Assembly: GCA_028023455.1 (NCBI GenBank)
Contig: JAQFVV010000002.1
Location: 6,448,001 to 6,512,000, forward strand
Source: Epiperipatus broadwayi
Lineage: Eukaryota > Animalia > Onychophora
Length of the DNA stretch: 64,000 bases
Direction of reading: 5' to 3'
Shown: positions 12,481 to 26,377 of the stretch, one piece after another
Layout: each line of letters starts with the position of its first letter
Numbering within the stretch: position 1 is the first letter of the stretch
Made by a program: the position numbers and the translations under genes
Notes under the pieces: generated by a model
Databases searched by the model: none
The model's input: only the letters and a program-made list of their open reading frames with translations
What the model was told of the DNA's origin: nothing

Positions 12481-13736
12481 TCTTAATAATCCTATTCTCC
12501 CAGATTTGCTAATTCCATTTCTTCAAACAGGCACAAAAAAACTTATATTTAAGAACTAACTGCTTCATTGTCTGAAGGTTTGTAGACATGTCATTTTACT
12601 TATAGTTATATATTATGCAATTGTTGTTATCTAGTTGAATTATTAAATGTTTACAGAAAAAAAAAAATTCAGAAAAATTCAAAGTCTATTTATACCTTCC
12701 TAAATACATTCACCTGTTTTAATGTATAACTTATAATAAAATATAATATTTTGAGTATTATTATTATTTCTTTTTTAATTATTGTTGACGTAACATGTGA
12801 TAACTAACACAGAAATGATTCAAAGTCAATGAAAATTTTATATGCTTATCTATGAGAATTCTCCTGATTTATCCATTATTTTCTTTTTATGACCTAGATA
12901 TAGTGAGTTCCAAATATAGATTATCACATTAGATTCAAAGGAGAGTGATAGTTAATAATTTTTAGATTTAGAATAGTCGTTTTAGAATACAGTGATATAA
13001 TGTGATTATGCACACTTATATATATTTTTAATACTTTGATTTTTTTATATGTCCCAAAAAAATTTTCTAGTAAATATACTTTTTTGCTCTTTAGCTATCA
13101 CTTTTTAAAAAACTTGCTATTATTATATGTTTAGTCAACTTCATTAAATAAATTGCCCCAGTGCATACATTTTTGTTTAATTTGCAATTTTTACCTGCCT
13201 ATTTATAACCACTAGAGCTTTAAATCTATTTACTTTATGTCTTTCTACAAATAAGAGTTGCGTTACTAAAAATGGTCAAATCTAACTTTTAATTATATTT
13301 ACTGTAAAAGTTTTTTTTTATAATTGATGTTTTTAAACACTTTAATGAACTCTTAAAGTTGTTACTGGATTTCTTTTGCTTCTCGATTACTTGAGAGCTG
13401 CTTTTAACACTTTTTCAATCCCTAAGCTCTTGAGTCACTTTTTATTGCTCAAATTCTCATTTGATATTTAAAAGTAATTGTAATTTATATGCCTTTCAAA
13501 TTTTTAGCAGATAAATTTCTTCTCACAATTTACACGAAATAAATAAAAATTTTAAAAAAGATGAAAATAAGTAACTACTAATAAAACAGTTATATAAATG
13601 TCTAATGATAGTAATATAAGTATAAAACAAATAAATATTTAATTTTTTATATGCATGTAAAGAATATATATATAAACATTCAATGTAATGCACTGCAAAG
13701 TTTTTTTCGCTTACATTTAATATTATGTACTGTATA

Positions 13737-14500
13737 CATCATTGCCGCCATCAATTCCAGTCATTATTGATCCACTATAATATGAGTCTTTACAAGTTTA
13801 ATTGTTTCTTTGATTTATAGCTTCTATCCTCCACATCATTCTAGAAAACCCCATAATCTTATCCGTCCATCTCAACATGTAGTTTTTTCACAGTTTTATC
13901 CATCTATTGCCATTTCTTCTAGCAGCATTTCAGTTTCTTAATTCTTTCAATGGTTTCAATTTGTTTTCTTTTTATCCGAGTATTTTACTTTCAATCTCTT
14001 ATTGTCAATCTCAACATAATCTTTCCATACACTGAAGGAACTTTTCTAATAAGCATGCAAGTCTCAGATTCATAAAATATATACATTAAAAATCTTTTTT
14101 TTTTTTTTCAAACAATAGTGCCATATTTTTTAATACTAAGTAATTTCTCTCAAAATCTGTTCTTTCTAAATTTAATTCAATAATCCTATTACTCTTTATT
14201 AGTATTAATAATCTAACAAAGTTATTTTGTAGTTGTTAACATCTCATTTATGATTATCAATCTTTATTTCCTTTTAATGTCAAAATCATTGATCATTAAT
14301 TTATTCTTTTTAGCATTTATCTTCAATTCTATTTTTTATTTTCATTTGATAATTCTTTTATACTTCCTGAAACTCTGAAAAATTATTTGCAAAATCTAAG
14401 TGGCTTAAATAATTTTTATTTATTCCAAAACTTCCCATTTTAATTCACAAAATATTTGAAATCTGCATTAAAAGTTTTTGTGGATATAGAATCAATAGAA
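13737..14500 (-). mobile_element. RTE LINE 3' fragment, older copy of the family at 23.5-26.4 kb
   Basis: The reverse complement aligns with 25530-26370, e.g. TATTTAAGCCACTTAGATTTTGCAAATAAT vs TATTTAAGTCATTTAGATTTTGCAGATAAT. Motifs YESET…IERIKKLK…RWTDKI, and a decayed GAT tail. Confidence 0.75.
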
Positions 14501-14722
14501 TCATTGAGTTATAACACTTTTTATAATGTTAATCTTTTTAATAATATCATATTGAAACTTTAATTTTTTAAAAAACTTTTCTCTAAACAATATAATTCAA
14601 AATAAGTATATACAAAATGTATATATAAATAAGCTTGGTTTAGTCATAATCATAGCAATTGTTGTTCAAGAAGCTTGTGACATTTATAAAATAATAAACA
14701 AGTGTGAAAAAAATGATGAATT

Positions 14723-16133
14723 TGGGGATAAACTTAACACCCAAAAATGCATATGGAAAGCAAGCAAAATTAAGTTTTTAAGTCATATTATATCTAAAAA
14801 TGGCTTATCTCCAGTCCCTGAAAAAACTAATGCAGTGTCAGAAGCACAGTGACCAAGAAATGTGAAAAAACTGCAAGCCTTTCTAGGCTTGTTAACTATT
14901 TCAAAAATTTCTTAGAGGGAAAAGCCCACATAGCCAGACCATTACATGATCTTCTCAAAAAGAACCAGAAATGGAAGTGAGAAGAAGAACAAGAAAAAGC
15001 TTTTCTATGCACAAAATCACTGCTTACTTCAAATAAATTACATGTCCACTACAACAGTGAATTGGAAGTAATGCTGACCACAGATGCATCGGAATTGGGT
15101 GTTGGAGCGGTATTGTGTCATTTAGCTCAGAAAAGTGAATGACCCATTGCTTATGCCTCGCATACATCGTCCAAAGCAGAGAAAAACTATAGTCAGTTGA
15201 ATAAGGAGGCCCTAGCAATTTTATTTGGCATCAATATCTATACAGCTACAGATTTATGATAGTAACAGATCACAAATTTCTATCGGGAATATTGGGAAAT
15301 TAAACAAATCCCCAAAGCCCTCGCTGTTGCATTGGCTAAACATATTGGCAGGGTATGAATATACAATAGTATATAAAAAAGAAAAGCAAATAGGGAATGC
15401 TGATGCTTTATTATGCATGCCTGGTCAAACTGAAAGATATAAAAAAGAGATAGAAATTAATTACATCAACACCTGAAAGAGTCAACCCCTCAACAGCACA
15501 AGTGTCTCCATTGACATCCAAAGACAATGAATACAAGTGGATAGCAAAGCATATCAGTAAAGGATGGCTGAAAAAATAACCTACTTTCCTGCATAAAGAA
15601 TTATGGAATGCCCGTGAGGAATTAACCGTATGCAAGGGATGCATTCTGAGGGGTGATCAAGTTATCCCTCTAAAAGGAGGAGTCAAATCTTAAAGTTGTT
15701 GCATGAGTGCCATCCATGCATCATTATGGCAAAGCTCATAGTTACCATGTGATGGCCTGGCATTAATAATGATATTGAAAAAAAATATTTAAAAATGCTA
15801 AAATTGCTAAACATGCACTAAAGCACCTACGGCTATGTCTGAAACTGTGTCCTAAAGCAGAAAGGCCATGGCAACATATATACACTGTGGCCCATTTGAA
15901 GGTCATCTGTTTTTAATAGTGGTCAATGCATTTTCAGGTTGAACTGAATATAAAATAATCAATAGCACCAGTACAGACATGACACTTGGCAAGCTATATG
16001 AAATTTTTGCACATCACAGTTTTCCGGAAATGCTTGTATCTGATAATGAAACTGGTTTTACTTCAGAAAAATTTGAAAAAGCATTGCAAGAATGGGGGGG
16101 GGGTTTAAACCCACATACCCCTACCATCCTCAA
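14723..16133 (+). pseudogene. Ty3/Gypsy (Mag-like) pol fragment: RT C-terminus, RNase H and integrase core, without LTRs
   Basis: KFLSHIISKNGLSPVPEK…PRNVKKLQAFLGL; TTDASELGVGAVLCH…PIAYAS…AEKNYSQLNKEALAI; VTDHK; GNADAL; WPGINNDIE; FLIVVNAFS; LVSDN…FTS; ends at PYHPQ. Several stops and frameshifts. Confidence 0.9.
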
Positions 16134-16205
16134 TATAGTTTGTTAATGTAATAAAATATTAACATTTGAAAAGAGTATCAAATCAGGTGCTGAAAAGGGA
16201 TTTTT

Positions 16206-17045
16206 ATGTATATTAAAAATTTTGATATTTATATAGCTATTGTAAAGAATTTATTATTTTTTGATTATTATTTTATAGAAGAACAGCATAAGGATATTTA
16301 TTCTTTTTCAGTTTTGAAAGAGTATAGAAGTGATGTGGTTGCATTCAGAGAAGAAGGTAAGATATTCAGTCAAATGATGATAAATGATTTAGATAGAGAT
16401 ATTAAGTAGATACAAAGCACAGACTCAAAGATATCAATGATCCTTTTGAGTTTGAGGAAACATGAAATGATAGGAATGGTGATAGACCTTCTTCAAATAG
16501 TGATTTATCTTAACTAGTTCTTATTTGCAAAATTAATGGCTTTTTATAGACAGGAAATTTACTCAAAGTTTTATTACTGTGAAACATGATTAATAATGTA
16601 GGGATTTCAGTAATAGAGAAAGAGGTTTAATGTAATTAAAGATCCAAGATTATTACCTGATATTAAATTTCATGAACAAAATATAGACAAATTTTATTAT
16701 GAAGAGACTGCTATGATGAGTCTAAAATATCTTGACAAGTTTCATTTATGCAATAGTCATGAATGTAGAGACTTTTATGAGAGTATAATTAATTATAGAA
16801 AAGTATTTGAAAGGCAAAACATTATAAATAAGTTTGACTCTTGTCATTCCATGGCTAATGATGATCTAGCGAATGATAATATGAAGTTTAAAAATAGGAA
16901 GTTTTGCCTGAATATGACAAATTATGCAAACTATAAGACTTTACTGCATAAGGAACAAGGCCATTACAGTTTTGTTTGGTATGCAGAAGCTATATTTTTG
17001 GTAGGACTAAAGTATAGATATCCTGATAGAAATTTATTTCATTAG
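16206..17045 (+). pseudogene. Unassigned decayed ORF (two same-frame open blocks of 67 and 110 aa)
   Basis: ORFs 16206-16409 and 16713-17045 share a frame, and the second is also open for ~30 codons upstream (RKRFNVIKDPRLLPDIKFHEQNIDKFYYEETA). The composition is protein-like, but no family is recognised. Confidence 0.35.
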
Positions 17046-20000
17046 TGCAATTGTTAGATCCATTTTAGATCCATTTTATAAATATCCTGCCAAGACAAAA
17101 AGGAAGAAAAGTATAATGATAGGGTGTAGAAAAAATAGAGGATAAGAGGTAGTTAGTTACTCATAATAAAAGTTTTATCTATTACATAAAATCCATATTT
17201 TTAAATATTATAAAATTTCAACTATTTTATTCTTGAGTTATCTAAAGGGTGCAATATTTTTTACTTATTTTTCAAATATCTATTCAGGACCAAATTTGAA
17301 ATCATCTGCCTCACATTAATATTCTTTGTTCTCTTTCAAGAAATCCTTTCTAATCTCAAGTATCTCAAGTTCTATATTAAAATAAGAAAAAAAATTGTAA
17401 ATCCTTGTTTACTGAGTTGTTGTAGTTGAAACAATTTATTATTTTTATGTACTTGGTAGAATAGTTTTAAATTAGTAAAATTATTTAGTGGGTATAAACC
17501 TAGAAGGCAAATTATTGGATGATAAGTTAGTTCCTATAATTAGTATCGCTTTGCACCCCCCCCACCCCATGTTAGTCATCCACAGGAACATCAATTTTAA
17601 AAAGTTTTTCGATATCTATGAGGAATCCTACAATATTGAGGAAAAGTTTGGAGTGAATGCCTACATGATTTGCACATCAGATAAGCTGAAAGGGATTTAC
17701 AATGCCTGGGATCTCAGGCCAATGTATCATGAAGGACCAACATTGCTTTGACTCAAACCTGTTCTCATCAATTTCCATAATGTTATGAATTCTATCTTGA
17801 CATTATTAGGGACTTTAAGGATACTAATATAATTTTAATTATGTTTGAACATTGCCCTTTGATGTTTTTTTTTCTCACAAGATGATTGCAAACATTTACA
17901 CGTTGTATACTAGTTGACATCATTGTATGTGTTTAAAAGGAAAATTATTTTTTATTGTTTTGCCATTGTTGTTGTCATGAATTTAATCATATTAAGAAGG
18001 TTGTCCATTATAAGATAAATACAAAGATGTATGTTTCACTTGGGAGATTCCTGTTGTTGTTTATTGGGAAGTTGCATTGTAACCTCCAATTAATAGTAAG
18101 GGGAATGTATACTTTTTTTTTGTTTTGTTAGGGGAGAGATTTGTAAAAATTGGAAGGATCCATCCTTTACACCAATTATAGTATTATATTATTTGTTCAA
18201 AAATAAATAAAAGGAAGCATTTATATATGTGTGAAGAGAGGGAAAGGAAATAGGAATTCCTTCATTCTATTACATAAGATTTGAATTGTTTATTAGCAGA
18301 GGATAATGGATGTTTTATTATTTTGAGATATATATATATTACACATAGATTTCACTTTTTTTTAAAAAAAAAAAATTCCTTTTATTCATAGAGGTAAAAA
18401 ATCCTAGATTTTGTACCTATGTAAACATATACAATCTTATGTGGATGGAATAACTTTTCTCAAGATTTTAAAATATATATCATTACTATACTAGACATGA
18501 TGTTGGTAAGCAGGTTCTTTATAGAAGCATTTTTAATAATCCAAATATAAGAATTTCATGGGAATTATATCAAATGGTCCATCTGTATTCATGACTAGAT
18601 GACCTATGTTCTCCCTATGACCTACAGTATGCACTATGGGAATAATCCATAAAGACTGAACACCTATGTGAACCCAAACAGTTACATTTGACAAAAAAAT
18701 CCTTAGGTTTAAACACCATAAGCACATCCAAGCAGTAAAATGAAAATATGACATCTTAATATATTTTATCATAACATCTGAAATGTTCCTCAGAACTAAA
18801 ACACAAAATTCCACCACTAAAATTAATCAATGCCCAATAGTAGGACTATACCTCTAACATTGCCATAATGCATTAGCATAAGTTAATTGATAATAGCACA
18901 CACATAGAGCAAAAAAAATTAACATATGTAAATAAGGGTTTCATAAAATAATTCATTATTTAAAATATAAAAATCATGACCATACTAATAATTAATCCCC
19001 AAATAAACATCTTTTATTCATAAGCATATATTCATTATAAGTTTAAAATAGAAATTTGCAAAATATAAGGAAAAAAATTTCAGAACCAAATTTTCTAGCT
19101 TATTTCACTTCTTTAAATTTGAAATAGAATAATGTTAAACAAATAAAATAAGCATATATTAAAACACACAATAAAATTTATCAATAATTCAATAACACTT
19201 GTCCAGCGAAGTTCCATTTGAAAATAAACCATCATTCACCATACTTTCAATATATCTTAAAATATAGATAACTATTATATATTAAATTATAGTATACCCA
19301 CATATAATACCTATTAAAATTCAATTAAACATAAATTTCTTTAAATATAATAATCCCAATTTTCTTTTACCAAACCACACCCTGAAACATAAGTTTAAAC
19401 AGAAGTTTGAATAGTTAATTCATTTATTAAAATCTTTTTTTCTGTCTGCTCACAATGAAGGAAATAAGCTTGAAAATTAGAAATGACAAAAATCATTTTC
19501 TCTTAAATAAAGCTAATTAATTATCTTACATATTCTTGTAATTTTACAGTTCTTTTAATATTGGAGAAAAACACTTTCAAACACAGTAAAAAGAAAACTT
19601 TCCTTTTATAGGTGGTTCCAATTGGAATAAATATGGATTATAATCTTTAGCTTTACTGCAGTCAGCCAGATTAAATCCCAAAATAATTTATTTCTCCAAG
19701 TGTAATCTTAACATAAATTTCCATATTTTTTTCCTCTTTTAAAAATAACAGAATGATACACTGTTATAATAAATACTGGTTTAAATATAACTTATATTTT
19801 AGCAATTCTGTTATATAACCGCATAACATATTAGATGAATAAGTTAGTAATTCAAGTTTTAAACATCTTATATTGTAAGTCATTGAAAACATTTACAATA
19901 TTAGTAGAAAAAAATAAAATAACAGTTCCACAATTAAACACTAAAGCAGAGGATTAAATAGTCAATTCAGGAGTTAATACTATGTTATTTTAGAATCATA

Positions 20001-21465
20001 TAAAAGTTTGTAAGCAAATAGAAAAATATTTCTACATAACGATAAGCAAAGTCTTATATAATACATCCTTGTGTTGTCCATGGTTTCTACACAGGTCAAC
20101 TTTTTCCATAAATTAAAATGAAAATTCCAGTAATATTGCAACTTTGTCCAAGCCATTCATGTATTTTTCTTTACCCCAATTATTATGACAAGTAAATATC
20201 AATATTGCTTTCTGAAAAGTAGATTAGTTATTTATTTTTTTATTTCATATTAATGCTGCTTGAATAAAGATAAAATTTTAAACACACTTTAAACAAAAAT
20301 ATTAATTATTTCTTTTTAAATTATCAATTTTTTAATAATTTTCATGCACTACACATGCCTATTTTCTATCTCTTTTATAACCAACCCCAATTGATCAGCT
20401 GACTACTGAAATCAATCATCCAACAAAATTAATTTCCAATTACAAACTTTAACTTCTATTTTTAGATTTAATTAAAGAACAACAGAAAGAAAGAAAAATA
20501 AAATATTCTAAAAATAGCAATTTAACTTATATAATAAATATTTTTTAATGTAATTATTTAATAAACTAAATATTATTAAATAAGCATTGCATGAAATAAA
20601 TTATTTCTCATATCTATTTAGTATTTGTTAAGTATTAAATACAAGACAATTCTTTAATACTTTTTAAACTAAAGTAACTGAAATAATAATTATTGTTGGC
20701 AAATTAAATATTGCAAAATAACACACACAAACTGCTTTAATTGGATAATGCTTTGCCTTACTTAATATTATCTAATGATTTATTTAAAATATTTTAAGTT
20801 AACTAACTTTATAGATTTAATTGATAGCTATTAAAATTTAGATTTACTTACAATAAAAACTGCATTATTTTAATAAATATTAGTACATTATTTATACTTT
20901 AAACAACATAATTAATAAAATTTATATTTACAACAAACTATTCATATGCATTTTAATTATTATTCAATGCACTAATAACATTATATAAGGTAGTTTTAAT
21001 TGTAATTGCTGTAGTTTTAGTTTTAAAAGGTTACAAAGAATATTACTGACTTGAAATTTAAAATTTTTGCTTTTTTGTGCACCTAATTATTTTAATTAAG
21101 GCACAGTTAAAATGTGTACAATAAATATATATATATTCTCACCCTCAGAAAAAATAAATCAACTGATAAAAAATGCATATTTCTCACCAATTGGAATTAG
21201 CAAGAAATCAGTAAGAAATTGATAAACCAATTTAAAATATACGAATTAAAGCTAAGAAATAAATAGTAATATCTATCTGAATCACACTCTTAAAATGTCA
21301 ATTACTGCCATGATCTGATCTAACTTTTGGAAAGTAAGAGTTAATGTACTTTTCTTATAGTACAATAGAATTGGTTTGATAATGCCACACCAAATATGAT
21401 TCAGATAATGGTAAAATCATGTAATAATAATGATAAAATGATATCAGCATTTTTAATAAAGCAAA

Positions 21466-21592
21466 TTAAATACTTTCTCCTGAACTGAATATGAAACATA
21501 ATCAATTTAATGGACAACTATATATTTAAATCAAAAATTTATTTCCATTAAATTGGTTATGTTTCATATTCAGGTCAGGAAAAATTATTTAA
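21466..21592. repeat. Fold-back inverted repeat (MITE-like or pre-miRNA-like hairpin)
   Basis: Arm 21478-21514 matches the reverse complement of 21544-21580 at 35/37, around a 29-nt loop. Weaker pairing extends out to TTAA at both ends. Confidence 0.85.
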
Positions 21593-23538
21593 GAAAGATA
21601 ACATAATGGTTTTAAAAGAAATACCATCAAGTTAAACCAATTAAATACATTTGTTTTCACATATTGTTGAATAACTGAATGACATTCTAGTAGACTATAG
21701 GAGACATACCCTTTCCTTATAAGTTAATTTATTTTAATGTACCATAATAGCAATAATCATGACAATCAAAGAAATATTAAATTTAAATAATACCAGCATA
21801 AAACAAAATTTAGAAGAACAAAGTCTTCACCTAGGATGACATTTGAATACCAAGAATGAAAAGGGTACTTTTTATGCTATTCTGATACTCATCAACAAAT
21901 GTGATTTTAAAATCATCTTCAAAATAATGTATAACTCTCAAGGATATAATAATTTAAACAATATGCAGTCTTAAATAAGCTTAATTTTTAAAATAAATCA
22001 AACAAATAATTTTAATTTTAATTCAATTCCATTCTTAGAAACTTTCATTCTAATGCAACTTTGCATTTTCAAGTTTGGATTTGTATTTATAAATGGTACT
22101 GTATACCTGATTTGAATAAAGATTTCTATAACATAATTAACAATTAATGAACCAAGACACCATATAGAGACAATGACTAAAATTTAATAATAATAAAACA
22201 AATTTATTAACAATTAACATTAGTTCATTTTACACTAATTAATAAAATAACATTATACATGAAAGACCTTTGCCAAACATAGGCAAAGGTATACATGATG
22301 CATTTATGAAAATAAAACAAATTCATTACTTTTCTCCTTTTAAGCCCTTATTTATAACATTAGACATTCTTGTTAATTATAACTGAGTTAGGTTGTAGTA
22401 AAACATCTACTATGGCTAATTATTTTTATTCTGTTACACTTGCTTTAAAATAATAATAATTTGTTATTACATGGAATCACTTCCAAACGAATATAAGTGC
22501 TATTCTATGCATAAAATATAATCATTTACTGAGGGTTTTTTTAAAAAAATAATTTACAATAATATCAGATATACTTTCATGTCCATCTAGCTATTATTAA
22601 TTAGCATGTATAAATAACAATTCTTTATTTATAGAATCACTAAACAAAATTGGAAACTTAACCCTCCCTTAATTGATAGAGAGCTTAATATTTCTAGCAG
22701 ATTGTCATTATAATACTAATTATTATTCCTGACATAGATAAATAAATAATATCTGGCATTATGTTACTTTAAACATTAAGATGGTAAATTCTTTCAGAAG
22801 CACATATATAGCACTCCAATTTTTGCTTATATCCACATAATAAATAAATTATTAATTCCTGAACAACTAAGTCATCATCTTAAATTTTAAAAAAAATTAT
22901 AACAAACATAATTTATAACATATCTTCTGTTTGAATACAATAAATATAAAAATATATACATTGTTAGAAAGTGCAAATATAAAAGAATGTAATAAAGCTG
23001 ATAAAATAGTCATTATTTCAAAAAAAAATTAAGAAAAAAGAGATTTTTAACACTTTTAAACACTACCAGTCAAATTTGTACATTCACACAACAAAATCCA
23101 GTGTTTTAGTAAATCATCCCAAGGCTGATCAAAATGAGGTTGTTGAAACCCCGTGTCCAATCTCACTTCAGTTCATTTATCACTGCTCAAAGATTTACTT
23201 CCTTACAGATGACATATATTGAGGTCACAGCAGTATTTTCCTTAATCGCGTACTGGCAGTAGCACATCAGTAAAACATGAGTCTATAGGCAATGGACATG
23301 GTTAACAGTATAGCCATATCTATATAGGTGTAACATGAGCCTAATTATTAAATATGGATTGTGAATCTTAATAATTAACAGTTAATTTAATCAATAATAA
23401 CTTAATAATAATGATGATAACAATGACTCAATAACAATGATGAGCAAAATTGATACACTAAGCAGAAGTTAAAATTGAAATTAATTTGATGAAAGCCAAA
23501 TTATAAAGAGTAAAACTAATAAATGGAATAATAAAGTT

Positions 23539-26377
23539 ACAATAGGATTATATAGGTTGTCTCACTCACAGATCACTTTCAAGTGAAGGAATATTGCAAG
23601 AATTAGAAGAAGAACTGTCTTATATTAAATGGGATATTATTAGACTTTGTGAAGTTAGAAGAAAAGGTGAAGAGACAATTGATTTAAAAAGTGGATATGT
23701 ACTCTATTATAAAGGCACAAATATTGGAAATACAAGTGGTGTGGGATTCATTATAAATAAAAAGTGGGAGAACAACATTGTGGAGATTGATGGTATATCA
23801 GACAGAGTGGCAAGATTAGTTATACAACTTAATAGCAGATACCAAATGCAGATAATTCGGGTTTATGCCCTAACAAGTTCTCATAGTGATGAAGTAATAG
23901 AAGATTTTTATATGGATGTACAAAAGGCTTTTGGTCAGAGTAAACAACATTTTAAAATTGTTATGGGAGACTTTAATGCTAGAATTGGTAAACAAATGAA
24001 AGATGAAATTGCTGTAGGTAATTTTGGTTATTGTAATAGAAATGAGAGAGGACATAGACTTGTGGAGTTTGCAGAGAAGGAAAAACTTTATATTATGAAT
24101 TCTTTTTTTGAAAAAAATGTTAAAAGGAAATGGACATGGAAGCATCTAAATGAAGGTACAGTAGAATTGGATTATATTTTGACTAACAGAAAATACATAT
24201 TTCAAGACTGTAATGTTCTTAATAAATTTAGCACAGGAAGTGATCATCGTTTAGTAAGATGTAAGATACGTGTCAATGCAAAACTAGAGAGGCAAAAATT
24301 ATTAAGAAAAACAATATTTACAGTTGATATTCCTAATCTTCAGAAACATTCTAATGAATTTAAATTAGAACTTACAAATCGATTTCAAGTATTAGTAGAT
24401 TTTGAATATGATTCAGATTTAAATGAAATTAATATGAAAATAACTGATACACATTTAAAAACTGCAACAAAGATAGCTGGTAGAAAAAAGCAGCAATTGA
24501 CCAATAAAATTTCTATTGAGACTAGAGAATTTATGAAGAAAAGAAGGAATATGAAGATATACAAAAATGATGCATTAAAAAGGATTGAATATCTTGAATT
24601 TTGTAAAATGGTGCAGAAAAGAGTTGAAAATGATATAAGAAAGTATAACTGTAAACTAGCAAGGAAAGTTGTAGAAGAGAATAAAAGTCTCAAGAATGTA
24701 AAATAACATTTTGGCATTGGTATGAAATTTATATCTCCAATAAGAAAAAAAGATGGAATTATTACTAAAAAGAGAGATGGCATCATGAAATGGGTAGAAG
24801 ACTTTTATCAAGAATTATATAGTAATAAAGAACAAGTACCTCCTATATCTATTACATCTTCTGAATTGTCCAGAATTTTAAATTAAGAAGTGAGACATGC
24901 AATTAAATGTATGAAGAAAGGAAAGGCTCCAGGTAATGATGGAATTATAATTGATATATTAAAAGAAGCAGGTGAAGAAATAGAATTTTTTTTAGCTAAG
25001 TTATATACCAAATGTCTAAATGATAAAGATGTACCAGATGATTGGAAGAATGCAGTAATAATATTAATATTTAAAAAGGAAGTTAAAGAAGATATTAGAA
25101 ATTACAGACCTAGCAGCCTTTTATCTGTTTTATACAAAATTTTTACCAAGTCAATTACAACTTGTCTACAGAGAACATTGGATTTCCATCAACCAAGAGA
25201 ACAAGCTGGATTTAAAGGTGGTTTTAGTATAGTAGATCATATCCAGGTACTGAGAGAAGTTATAGAAAAAACAAATGAATATGAATTACCATTATGTTTT
25301 GGATTTGTAGATTATGAAAAGGCATTTGATTCTATAAACATTTCTTCAGTGATTAAAGCATTGGATCATCAAGGTATAGATCTAGGATATTATCATATTT
25401 TAAAGAATATTTATAAAAATGCAACAGCAACAATTAGATTACATAATGATACTGGGAAAGTCAACATTGAGAAGGGTGTAAGACAAGGTGACTCCATATC
25501 TCCAAAACTTTTTACAGCAGTGCTGCAAGAAGTATTTTGTGGATTAAAATGGGAAACTAAAGGAGTGAAAGTAAATGGAGATTATTTAAGTCATTTAGAT
25601 TTTGCAGATAATGTAGTTGTTTTTGCAAATAATGCTTCAGAGTTGCAGAAAATGTTGCAGGAGTTATCAGATGAAAGTAGGAAAGTAGGACTAAAGATAA
25701 ATATTAAAAAGACTAAAGTAATGTTTAATCGATTTGCTCAAAATGTAAAAATAAAGGTTGATTATGATGAATTAGAAGAAGTTAATAGTTACAAATACTT
25801 TGGTCAGATTATTAATATAGATGGAAACATAATGGGTGAAATTAATCATAGAATTAAACTTGGTTGGAGTGCTTTTGGTAGAAATAACTTGATACTAAAA
25901 GGAAATATGCCTATGTGTTTGAAAAGGAAGGTTTTTAACAAATGTGTTTAACCAGTTCTTACTTATGGATCTGAGACTTGGACACTTAATATAAAAGCAA
26001 TAAAGAGACTTCAGACCACTCAGAGAAGTATGGAGAGATGCATCTTGGGAGTAACAAGAAGAGATTGAAAACGCAATGTATGGGTAAGAGCACAAACAGG
26101 TGTTACTGACCTCATTGAAAAAATTAAAAGACTGAAGTGGAGTTGGGCTGGACATATTGTTAGAAGAGATGATAATAGATGAACAATTGAAATCTTAAAC
26201 TGGATTCCAAGAGATTTAAAAGACCCAAAAAGAGACCACATGCGAGATGGATGGATGAAATAAGAAAGTGTGCAGGGGTGATGTGGAGAAGAGAAGCTAA
26301 AGATCGGAGATGGATTGAACTTGGAGAGACCTTCATCCTGCAGTGAATTAATAATGGTTGATGATGATGATGATTAC
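23539..26377 (+). mobile_element. RTE-clade LINE, near full-length ORF, inactive
   Basis: EN followed by RT. A (GAT)n 3' tail lies at 26359-26374. Candidate ~20-bp TSD: TAATAAATGGAATAATAAAGTT (23517-23538) vs TAATATATGGAAATAAAGTT (26379-26398). Confidence 0.93.
23564..26360 (+). pseudogene. RTE endonuclease-reverse transcriptase ORF pseudogene
   Basis: EN motifs WDIIRLCEVRR, VMGDFNARIG, LDYIL, GSDH. RT motifs KAPGNDG, NYRPSSLL, DYEKAFDS, GVRQGDSISPKLF, LDFADN (catalytic FADD changed to FADN at 25601-25612). C-terminal KWSWAGHI. In-frame stops at 24704, 24884, 25949, 26066 and 26180, and a 1-nt frameshift near 26220. Confidence 0.93.

Noticed and set aside
17230-17300. Tiny LINE RT-like patch (KGC…FKYLFR / FNIYS-like)
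   Set aside because: It is too short and frameshifted to call.
18533-18817. 94-aa minus-strand ORF as a hAT or CACTA transposase piece
   Set aside because: The candidate CxxH-like and RW-like motifs occur in the wrong order, and no other support was found.
22266-22290. 9-bp perfect hairpin ACCTTTGCC-AAACATA-GGCAAAGGT
   Set aside because: It is short enough to occur by chance in 64 kb and has no tRNA or snRNA context.
18400-23000. Mitochondrial insertion (NUMT), suggested by AT richness and A/C strand skew
   Set aside because: No convincing COX1, CYTB, ND1/4/5, 12S or 16S anchor motifs were found in either genetic code, only short chance-level resemblances. BLASTn against arthropod mitogenomes would settle it.
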